From a virus, in IMG/VR virus record IMGVR_UViG_3300049459_000229, positions 23,831-87,830 of that record: a DNA stretch of 64,000 nt; one strand, written 5' to 3'. Made by a program: the position numbers and the translations under genes. The notes beneath the pieces were generated by a model. That model did no database searches. It saw only the letters and a list, made by a program, of their open reading frames with translations, and was not told where the DNA came from. Below, in pieces: positions 43,589 to 51,106 of this stretch. Numbering within the stretch: position 1 is the first letter of the stretch; every line of letters begins with the position of its first letter.

Positions 43589-45781
43589 ATGCTCAAGTCC
43601 ATAAAACTGCAGTGCTTCCGCCAGCACCTCGACCGCGCTTTCGAATTCGGCCCGGGCCTGAACGCCATCCGCGGCGAGAACGAGGCCGGCAAGACCACGG
43701 TGCTCGAGGCCTTCTTCTACTTCTGCTTCGGCGCGCGCGCCCTGCGCGAGTCGATCGACGACATCGTCACCTATCACCAGCCGGTGTCGCGCCTGCGCGT
43801 CGACTGCGAGATCGAGCACCTGGGCGTCGTCTATAGCGGCTACCGCGGCAAGTCCGGCGCCGAGCTCAACTTCGGCCGCGAGAAGATCACCGGCCAGAAC
43901 GAGGTGACCGCCTTCTTCGAGAAGCTGTTCGGCGCTGACGCCAAGCTGGCCGGCAAGCTGATGTTCGCCTCCCAGAAATCCTTGGCCGAGTCGCTCAAGG
44001 AGGGGCCGACGGCCGCCGGCAAAATGATCGAGGAGCTGGCCAACTTCGATCTGATCGACCGGGTGGCCGAGACGATCGCTGCGCGGCGCCAGACCGGCAA
44101 GACCGATGGCGTCGAGGCGCGCATCGCCCAGCTGAAAGAGCAGGAGGCCCAGGGCCAGATGTTCGAGGACCTTGCGCCGCTGCGCGCCGAGGTCGAGACA
44201 GCTGGTGAGATGGTGATCGGTGCAGGCATGGAGCTCGACGTCCTGCAGCAGCGCCGCGCCGAGCAGGACGTCGACCTGGCGCGCCAGATCATCGCCAGCG
44301 AGGCGGCGCTCGCGCGCTCGATCGAGAAGACCACCTTCGACATCGACGCCATCGACCGTGAGCTGGGCCGGCCGGCCGTGCTGGCGCCGCCGGAGGGCAG
44401 CATCGAAAAGGCGCGCGCGGCGGTGGAAGCCGGCAAGCAGCAGGCGCGCGCGGCGAAGCTGTCGTCCGAGCTGCTGGGTATCGAAACCATCGGGCTGTGG
44501 GACCAGGATATGGCCTCGCTGGAAGCCGAGGTCGCCCTGACACAATCCAAGGTGCAGGTCGAGACGAAGGTGCATGCCAACATCTCTCAGGCCATGGCCA
44601 CGCTCGAGCGTGAGCATGCCGAGGGCGTGCGCGCCAGTGACGTCAGGGTCGCCCAGCTGGAAGGCCGGCTGATCAAGGAAACCACGTGTGCGCTGTGCCA
44701 GAAGGACCTGTCGGACGTGCCGGAGGTGGCGCGCACGAACAGTGACCTGCAGCGTCAGATCGATGAGGTGAAGCTGGCTGCCGTCCAGGCTGGTAACGAG
44801 ATGCGCATTAGGCACACGCAGCTCGGCGCAGAGCTTGATGCTGCGCAGCTCGAGCTCGACACCCAGCTCGAATACCTCGCTCAGCTGAACGACGTGATCC
44901 GGACCAACGGCCAGGTCGAGCAGCTGTACGCGCGCGCTGCCGACTTCATCGAGGTCGATCGCAGCGTGGTGCCGGGCCAGTGGAAGTGGATCGGGCCTGA
45001 GCTGGCCCACGTGCCGGCTGATCTGGCTAACCAACTTGCTCATCTTGAAACGCTGCAGCGCGAGGCAGATGCTGACGTCGCGCGCCGGCAGGAGAAGGAA
45101 GCCCAGCGCAACAAGCTGGTGCTGGAGCGCCGCGACGCGATCGCCGCGCGCGGCGAGCTGCAGCTGAAGGACGCGCAGGAAACGCTGGAGCAGGCCGGCC
45201 AGCTGGACCAGCAGGTCAAGGACAAGTGTCTCGAGCTGGGCGACTACCGGGCCAAGCTGCAGCGGCTGCAATCGACCCTCACCACCAAGGAAGCGCTGGC
45301 CGCCCAGCAGCAGCGCCAGCTGGAGTTGACGCGCACGCAGCTGGCCGCCGCCGAGGCCGAACTGGCCCAGATGCAGAAGTACAACCTGCTGATCAAGAAG
45401 GTGCGCGCGGCGCGGCCGGTCATCACGAACAAGCTGTGGAATATCGTGCTGGGCGGCGTCTCGAAACACTTCAGCGAGGTGCGCGGGCAGGAGTCGCGCA
45501 TCACCCGCGCCGATGGCACCTTCAAGTGCAATGGCTGGCCGGTCTCAGGCCTGTCCGGCTCGGCCGAGGACATGCTGGGCCTGGCGATGCGCATCACGCT
45601 CACCCGCACCTTCCTGCCGGGCATCGACATGCTGCAGCTGGACGAGCCGGCCGCGGCGTGCTCCGATGCGCGGGAGACTCGCATGTTGGGCATGCTCTCG
45701 ACCCTGGGCTTTGGCCAAACCATCGTCGTGTCGCACAGCGACCTCACCGACGCGGTCGCCGACCGCATCATCACTGTTTAA
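43589..45781 (+). CDS. sbcC: SbcC/Rad50-like SMC ATPase
   Basis: GENEAGKTT, coiled coil with CALC zinc hook, LSGS signature, LDEP, VSH. Confidence 0.9.
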   Translation: MLKSIKLQCFRQHLDRAFEFGPGLNAIRGENEAGKTTVLEAFFYFCFGARALRESIDDIVTYHQPVSRLRVDCEIEHLGVVYSGYRGKSGAELNFGREKITGQNEVTAFFEKLFGADAKLAGKLMFASQKSLAESLKEGPTAAGKMIEELANFDLIDRVAETIAARRQTGKTDGVEARIAQLKEQEAQGQMFEDLAPLRAEVETAGEMVIGAGMELDVLQQRRAEQDVDLARQIIASEAALARSIEKTTFDIDAIDRELGRPAVLAPPEGSIEKARAAVEAGKQQARAAKLSSELLGIETIGLWDQDMASLEAEVALTQSKVQVETKVHANISQAMATLEREHAEGVRASDVRVAQLEGRLIKETTCALCQKDLSDVPEVARTNSDLQRQIDEVKLAAVQAGNEMRIRHTQLGAELDAAQLELDTQLEYLAQLNDVIRTNGQVEQLYARAADFIEVDRSVVPGQWKWIGPELAHVPADLANQLAHLETLQREADADVARRQEKEAQRNKLVLERRDAIAARGELQLKDAQETLEQAGQLDQQVKDKCLELGDYRAKLQRLQSTLTTKEALAAQQQRQLELTRTQLAAAEAELAQMQKYNLLIKKVRAARPVITNKLWNIVLGGVSKHFSEVRGQESRITRADGTFKCNGWPVSGLSGSAEDMLGLAMRITLTRTFLPGIDMLQLDEPAAACSDARETRMLGMLSTLGFGQTIVVSHSDLTDAVADRIITV

Positions 45782-45791
45782 GGAGAACCAC

Positions 45792-46049
45792 ATGGACATC
45801 GTCCGACACCCCAGAACCAATCACAATTTCGGCGCGCCGGCCGACATGCAGGACGGCAGCTGCGATAGCCTGCCAGTCGTCATCATCAAGGACAAGCATG
45901 GCACCTGGGCCTGCTCCTACTGGAAGCCCAGCGGCCAGGAGCTGGAAGCTTTGGCCGCCGGCGGCGCCATCCAGCTGGGCGTGCGCCTTGTCGATGACGG
46001 CGACGGCCATCCGGTCGTCTCGATGTGCGTCACCAAGGAGGTCCTGTGA
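45792..46049 (+). CDS. Conserved hypothetical phage protein (MDIVRHP...)
   Basis: AAGGAG RBS; C.SLP...SYWKP..QEL..L..GG motif. Confidence 0.7.
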   Translation: MDIVRHPRTNHNFGAPADMQDGSCDSLPVVIIKDKHGTWACSYWKPSGQELEALAAGGAIQLGVRLVDDGDGHPVVSMCVTKEVL

Positions 46050-46261
46050 GCGAACCCATCAACCGTGACGGCTGGATCGAGCTGGACGTTTTCTGCGACA
46101 GGTACGGCGAGCGCAAGAACACTGTGCACAAGCGGGTGACCGATGGCACCTGGCCGCGTGGCGAGTACTACTCGTCGCCGTCCGGCGGCACCGGCTTCGT
46201 GCACGAGGCGCGCGCGGTGGCGTGGCTGAAGGAGAACGGCAAGTTGCGGGTGGAGGCGTGA
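46046..46261 (+). CDS. Excisionase-like winged-helix DNA-binding protein
   Basis: WIEL..FC.RYGE..NTV.KR...G.W..G pattern; AGGAGG RBS, GTG start. Confidence 0.65.
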   Translation: MSEPINRDGWIELDVFCDRYGERKNTVHKRVTDGTWPRGEYYSSPSGGTGFVHEARAVAWLKENGKLRVEA

Positions 46262-46449
46262 GCGTCTTCCTGGGCCTGTACATCTGGGTGATGACCGGTA
46301 CGCTGGCCATGCTCGTGGCCGACGGAAAGACGGACTTTCAGATGACGAAGGCACTGGAACCCTATTTCCCGAGCTGGCTCTGGCCACACTGGGCGCTGGT
46401 GGCCTTCTGGCCGGCAGGCCTGATCTGGTACTGGCGCCGCTGGCGCTGA
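46258..46449 (+). CDS. Small membrane protein
   Basis: GGAGG RBS, GTGA coupling, two hydrophobic segments. Confidence 0.6.
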   Translation: MSVFLGLYIWVMTGTLAMLVADGKTDFQMTKALEPYFPSWLWPHWALVAFWPAGLIWYWRRWR

Positions 46450-46452
46450 ACC

Positions 46453-46485
46453 ATACGCCGGCGATCAGCCGGCGTATCTCTTTTT
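46453..46485 (+). terminator. Terminator at the convergence of the replication and late arms
   Basis: ATACGCCGGC-gatca-GCCGGCGTAT then CTCTTTTT. Confidence 0.7.
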
Positions 46486-47229
46486 CACGTCGGCGAGCGG
46501 GATGAACTGCTCGTCGAAGCAGCCGTCCTTGACGTTGTTGAGCATGACCACACCATGCCAGTGCTGGTTGCCCTGCGGGCCAAGGTACCCTTCCTCGTGC
46601 TCGTAGGCGCTCCCTGCGATGATCGAGGTGATGCGTCGGCCATCGGCGCGGTAGGCAAAAGCGATCTGGCGCCCCTGCTGATGGCCGGCGACACAGCTCT
46701 GGTGCTTTTTGTTCAGCTGGGCCTGGGCGCTGGACGCCGGTCGGCCCATCACACCGGTCTGGAAATAGTGGCAGAACGCCACCCCCTCGATGACGACTAC
46801 CTCGAGAAACCTGTGCACCTCCCAGCCGTACTTCTCGTAAGCCAGATCCTCCAGCCCGATCGCGCCGGCCAGCATCGGCTCTTCGTTGATCGTGCGCAGG
46901 ATCCGCTCTTCGTGGTTGCCCATCGTGAGCACCATGCGCGGCCGGTAGATGCCGTGCTTGCTGGCGTGGCGCCGCAGGTTGTACTCGCGTAGCGGCCCAA
47001 GCAGGGCCTCCATGCCGGCGTGCGCGGCCTCGATGTCGGCGCGGTACCGGCGCCCTTCGAACGACTTCTTGCCCTTGTCGTAGGAGGAGAGCGATGGCAT
47101 GTCCGCGAAGTCGCCGATGTGCACGACGACGTCGGGCTTTTCGGCCACGATCATGCGGCCGATGCAGCGCAGGAATTCGAGGTCGTCACCGGGCCGGACC
47201 TGGCTGTCGGGTAGCATGAGGATGTTCAT
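46465..47229 (-). CDS. Calcineurin-like metallophosphoesterase
   Basis: PDSQ, GDFAD, GNHE, CHY, GHQQ. Confidence 0.88.
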   Translation of the reverse strand: MNILMLPDSQVRPGDDLEFLRCIGRMIVAEKPDVVVHIGDFADMPSLSSYDKGKKSFEGRRYRADIEAAHAGMEALLGPLREYNLRRHASKHGIYRPRMVLTMGNHEERILRTINEEPMLAGAIGLEDLAYEKYGWEVHRFLEVVVIEGVAFCHYFQTGVMGRPASSAQAQLNKKHQSCVAGHQQGRQIAFAYRADGRRITSIIAGSAYEHEEGYLGPQGNQHWHGVVMLNNVKDGCFDEQFIPLADVKKRYAG

Positions 47230-47327
47230 CGGGTTCCTGCTGATCAGGGAAGATGGCGCGTCCGTCGATCACGGAGCAGATGAGGACAGCGACGAAACTG
47301 AGTTCGCCGCTGTCGTTGATACGAGGT

Positions 47328-47864
47328 TCAAGGATGCTCAGCTCCATCGCCGGGCTGGTACCAGTCGCCAGCGCGGCCGTTGAAGGTCACTTGCTGGCGG
47401 GCGTAGAAATCGCGCCAGCCGAGGGCTTGCTCGCGCCAGACGCGGCAGCTGGTGGCGTTGCTGATTTCGGCGGCGGCAAGTTCGGAAAACGGAACGGTGC
47501 TGGGTTCTGCGTCAGCGTCACTGGCGGGTCCAGCAGTGGCGCCGGACCAGCCGGCGGCGGCGAGGCGCAGGAAGCCAGCAGGAATAGCAAAGTGCTCATC
47601 CACAGCAGGTGGCACGACACTTGGGACGAGGGATTCAAGGTTTTTCTCCTGGACATAGATTTTCTGGACACGGTCCTTGTAGATCGTCTCGACTTTAGTC
47701 ACCGTCTGGACCTGGGTCCTGACCAGTGTGACGACCTTCTCGGCCACCTGGTCCTGCGCGCGGCGCGCCTCCTGCAGCCGGCCGCTGCCGTAGCAGGTCA
47801 GCGCCAGCGCGGCGATCGCGGTCCAGCGCGCCCAGGCCGGCACGATGATGGCGGTCAGGCTCAC
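47328..47864 (-). CDS. Rz: Rz-like inner-membrane spanin
   Basis: N-terminal TM helix then periplasmic domain; downstream of the endolysin; contains a nested lipoprotein ORF. Confidence 0.7.
   Translation of the reverse strand: MSLTAIIVPAWARWTAIAALALTCYGSGRLQEARRAQDQVAEKVVTLVRTQVQTVTKVETIYKDRVQKIYVQEKNLESLVPSVVPPAVDEHFAIPAGFLRLAAAGWSGATAGPASDADAEPSTVPFSELAAAEISNATSCRVWREQALGWRDFYARQQVTFNGRAGDWYQPGDGAEHP
47387..47656 (-). CDS. Rz1: Rz1-like outer-membrane spanin lipoprotein (nested)
   Basis: Lipobox LLASC followed by a Pro-rich chain, embedded in Rz in another frame; start at 47656 or 47599. Confidence 0.6.
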   Translation of the reverse strand: MSRRKTLNPSSQVSCHLLWMSTLLFLLASCASPPPAGPAPLLDPPVTLTQNPAPFRFPNLPPPKSATPPAAASGASKPSAGAISTPASK

Positions 47865-48118
47865 GGCGCGATCTCCCCGGTGATACGAATCGGCGACTCC
47901 AGCACCCTGCCCGCGGGCAGGAAACACTCAGCGATGTCGTACAGCGAGTCGGCGAATAGCGTCCAGATCCCCAAGGGCTTGAACTTGGGCGTGGCCATGA
48001 AGTTGCCCTCGTCGTTTTCGCCAGCGCCAGCAAACCAGGCCGGCACGCCGAACAGCGTGCCTTCGTGTGTCAGGCCGGCGGCCAGTGCGTCTTCCCTTGT
48101 GATATAGCCCAGCATCAA
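47861..48118 (-). CDS. Hypothetical protein within the lysis cassette
   Basis: GGAGGT RBS; coupled to both the endolysin and Rz. Confidence 0.7.
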   Translation of the reverse strand: MMLGYITREDALAAGLTHEGTLFGVPAWFAGAGENDEGNFMATPKFKPLGIWTLFADSLYDIAECFLPAGRVLESPIRITGEIAP

Positions 48119-48738
48119 AGCACCTCCAGTAGCTTGTCAAGCAGCCGCTCGCAGTCGTCAAGGCCGATGCTGCCGCCGTTGACCGCGCAGCGCACGCCCG
48201 CAAGGTTGTTGCAGGCCGCGAACTTCTTGCAGCCGTGCGTGGTCCAGAACCAGCCGAAGGCAGCGGTACCGACCTGGATCGTTGCGACCTGGTCGGGCGA
48301 GGCGAGCAGACTCAGGCCCAGCGCGGCGCCGCACTTCTGATAATTCTCCTTGCCGGTCAGCTGGCCTGGGCCGCGGCCGCGAAAACGAAAACCGTCGCCG
48401 CTCTCGATCGAACCATTGCCCATCCGGTTGGCATAAGCGACGTTGGCGATCATCTGCTGGTTCGCCGGACGTGTGGGCGTGCGGCCGTACATCTCCGCAA
48501 GCTCTCGCGTGAAGCGCTTAGGCCAGATCAGCTGCAGGGCCTCGACCGAGTAGTTCAGGTTCTCGGTCATGCTCACGAAGCCCTTCGACTCGTGCAGGCA
48601 CTGCACAGCGAAGTGCGCCTGCTCGACGGTCGTGCTGATGTCGAAGCGGGCGCAGGCGGCGTTGATGGCGATGGCGGCGTCATGCGCGATCGCGATCGGC
48701 ATGGAGGGCACCGCGTGGCGCAGCTGACTAGGTGTCAT
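48115..48738 (-). CDS. Endolysin, glycoside hydrolase family 19
   Basis: QCLHES, ENLNYS, YANRMGN, FRGRGPGQLTGKENY, VNGG. Confidence 0.93.
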   Translation of the reverse strand: MTPSQLRHAVPSMPIAIAHDAAIAINAACARFDISTTVEQAHFAVQCLHESKGFVSMTENLNYSVEALQLIWPKRFTRELAEMYGRTPTRPANQQMIANVAYANRMGNGSIESGDGFRFRGRGPGQLTGKENYQKCGAALGLSLLASPDQVATIQVGTAAFGWFWTTHGCKKFAACNNLAGVRCAVNGGSIGLDDCERLLDKLLEVL

Positions 48739-48982
48739 TTGCAGCTTTCACTGCCCGGAAGGAAATCGCCAGGCGCAGGATCATGCCGGCGACGACGACG
48801 GCGCCGCCCATGAATTTGTAGACGTTGTCAGGGAGGTAAGGCTGCAGGGCCGGCAGGCTGTTGGTCAGCTCGGACTGGATCTCCTTGGCCCAAGGCAGAG
48901 CGGCGAGCAGCACGATGCTGACGTAGGTGCGCCACTTCTTCAGCTCGGCCCAGGCAGCGGTCTTCAGGTTCTTGAGGCTCAT
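48728..48982 (-). CDS. Putative holin/antiholin (two TM)
   Basis: Two hydrophobic helices; immediately upstream of the endolysin. Confidence 0.7.
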   Translation of the reverse strand: MSLKNLKTAAWAELKKWRTYVSIVLLAALPWAKEIQSELTNSLPALQPYLPDNVYKFMGGAVVVAGMILRLAISFRAVKAANDT

Positions 48983-49209
48983 TTCGAGTCCTTCCGTGCG
49001 CGCCAGCGCGCCAGCAGACCCTGAACGGTTTGCGTTTCGTACAGGCGAATGCAGGACCAGACGAAGGTGACCAACATGGTCAGGTGAGGGAGCAGACCAA
49101 AAAACGCTGTCACGGACAGGACAACTGCGGAGTTGTCGATCGTACGGTTATGCGGCTCGAGAACGGCGCGCAGATGGATCCAGTGAAGCTTGGCGTCGGC
49201 CAGGGTCAT
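48979..49209 (-). CDS. Putative holin
   Basis: Hydrophobic core ...FVWSCIRLYETQTVQ, basic C-terminus. Confidence 0.7.
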   Translation of the reverse strand: MTLADAKLHWIHLRAVLEPHNRTIDNSAVVLSVTAFFGLLPHLTMLVTFVWSCIRLYETQTVQGLLARWRARKDSK

Positions 49210-49301
49210 TCGCATGCCTCGTAATCATTGTCGAACAGCTCGGTGACAAGGTCTCCGAGGAACACGAGGAGGAAACAGGCGACAGCGATGATGCGGTACA
49301 T
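49206..49301 (-). CDS. 31-aa single-TM peptide heading the lysis cassette
   Basis: Not in ORF track; GGAGG RBS; MYRIIAVACFLLVFLGDLVTELFDNDYEACE; ATGA-coupled to the holin. Confidence 0.6.
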   Translation of the reverse strand: MYRIIAVACFLLVFLGDLVTELFDNDYEACE

Positions 49302-49430
49302 GCTGAATCCTCCAAAGTTGATTAGAGGAATTCTAGATGTTGCTGTTCGGATAGTCCAGCAAATATTGTGCCATGTTGCAATAGTCCACAGGAAACTTCC
49401 TGTGGGCCAATGCCGCGCTATGCTGTAGGA

Positions 49431-50726
49431 CTAGATCGACTCAAGGTCGACGGTTGCGGATGCAAGGTTGAAGAAGGGCAGGGCCATCGTAGGCAGCGTG
49501 ACCAGCTTGCCGTAGACCTGGTGATCGCGCTCGAGCGCAAGGTCCGTATGCCCAGGAAACATGCTGGCAAACACCGGATAGCGGCTGCCGCCGGCACGCA
49601 GGATACTCCACAGGGTTGCGCGATCCGTCGGCGACAGCTTGGAGAAGGGCAGGCTGAGTTTCGTGCTGATCGTACCAGTGTCGCTGATCAGGTCGCCAGC
49701 GTCGCTGCGCTCGTTCTTGGTCGAATCAATCAGCTGGGCGCTCGCACCGTAATCGAAGTTGGTCGCGGCCTCCCAGTAGCTGCCCGCCAGCAGATGGCTG
49801 GCCTCAATGTAGCCCTGCAGGTTGTTCGTATCGGTGATGCTGACAGCCATCACGCTCCCTGTCAGCGCCGTTGTTAGCCACAGCCGGGCACAGCTGCCGC
49901 CGCCGAAGGCATAGGCACTTGCCGCTTGGGCCGCGGTAAATCCGCGCGGACTTACCGCTGGCGCCGGGCAGGCGAGCGTATTACTAGACGCGGTCAGGTA
50001 GCTGCTGAGGTATTGGATCTGCCACGTATCGAGGTATCCGACAGGTCGGATGCCTGGGTAATACGACGTGGGGAACCCTACGCTGTTGGTCTCTACCTGG
50101 GCGAATGCAATGTCGTAGGCTTCACCGGAGTTGATGATCTGGACTTCCAGCGGCGAGCTGGTAACCGTGCTGCTGTTGTTGCCGATCCTGTACCACACGC
50201 CCGGAACCAGTGACGCGTTCTTCCATGTTGCGTCGGAGGCATTTCGGATGCGCACATCGCCAAACCCCGCCCGGAGCTTGATGTAGATCGAGCCGACATA
50301 GGCAGCAGACGCGCCGCTGATCACCTGACGAATGCCGCCGTTGGCGGCTGAAGACGTCATGGTGGTGGCACTGTTGGTGCCATCTGGCCCGGCCACTCCT
50401 GGCGTCAGGGACACGCTGGTCTTGGTCCAGGCGGCGTTGGTGAAGTCGTTCGGCGCCGTCAGCAGGTTGGTGATCGCCGGCTCGTTGTACAGGGCCACCT
50501 TTATCAGCGCTGTGGGCGACAGGTTGGTGAAAGGCAACACGACGCCATTGATCGACTCCACCGTCGACCAGTTCGCGTAAAGGGTTGCGCTGGTGCCCAC
50601 CGAGCGCCAGACGTCCGACTTCCGGCCCAACTTTAGATTGGACACAGGGAAGCTGGTAGCGGCAGAGCTGGCGCTGAGAATCGCTCGCTCGATCGCGTTG
50701 TCGGAGATGACGCGGAGGTTGGGCAT
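49431..50726 (-). CDS. Minor tail protein with an inserted CBM-like domain
   Basis: Tail-module position; internal TNLL...F..AAW...AQVE...PTSY segment. Confidence 0.7.
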   Translation of the reverse strand: MPNLRVISDNAIERAILSASSAATSFPVSNLKLGRKSDVWRSVGTSATLYANWSTVESINGVVLPFTNLSPTALIKVALYNEPAITNLLTAPNDFTNAAWTKTSVSLTPGVAGPDGTNSATTMTSSAANGGIRQVISGASAAYVGSIYIKLRAGFGDVRIRNASDATWKNASLVPGVWYRIGNNSSTVTSSPLEVQIINSGEAYDIAFAQVETNSVGFPTSYYPGIRPVGYLDTWQIQYLSSYLTASSNTLACPAPAVSPRGFTAAQAASAYAFGGGSCARLWLTTALTGSVMAVSITDTNNLQGYIEASHLLAGSYWEAATNFDYGASAQLIDSTKNERSDAGDLISDTGTISTKLSLPFSKLSPTDRATLWSILRAGGSRYPVFASMFPGHTDLALERDHQVYGKLVTLPTMALPFFNLASATVDLESI

Positions 50727-50782
50727 GGGAATTCCGAGAGGAAATAGTTCCTCCCGAAAATACCACAAGTTGGGCTGTTTGC

Positions 50783-51106
50783 CTACGCTGGCGCAGTCTC
50801 CGGAACATCACTGACTGCATTCGTCCCGACAAACATCGGGTGATGCTCGAGCAGGTAGCCGTAGAGCATCGCACGCGGATCCGGCAGCCCAAGCTCCTCC
50901 AGCTGCGCGATGTCGATCACTAGGCTGTGGGTGTACATCGGCAGGCCTGGCGCCTGTTCACGTGCAGCTGCATCGGCATAAAATCCCAGCAAAACAACCA
51001 GCCGAGGATTGGGGTCGCCTGGCGCGCAGTTGAGCTCGGCGCGCAGAATCCGATGGTAGCTGCCGTGAGCGAAGTTGGGTGCCGTCTGCCAGCCAAGAAT
51101 AGCCAT
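50783..51106 (-). CDS. Hypothetical protein (possible fibre chaperone)
   Basis: TAATG-coupled to the fibre gene. Confidence 0.65.
   Translation of the reverse strand: MAILGWQTAPNFAHGSYHRILRAELNCAPGDPNPRLVVLLGFYADAAAREQAPGLPMYTHSLVIDIAQLEELGLPDPRAMLYGYLLEHHPMFVGTNAVSDVPETAPA

Noticed and set aside
47186-47347. 53-aa minus-strand ORF (MELSILEPR...) between Rz and the phosphoesterase
   Set aside because: Overlaps both neighbours, with no clear RBS or motif
50731-50757. TTCC-N4-GGAA box upstream of the 50726 gene as a member of the operator family
   Set aside because: Better explained as one arm of a local hairpin (GAGGAA-atag-TTCCTC); no -35 follows it
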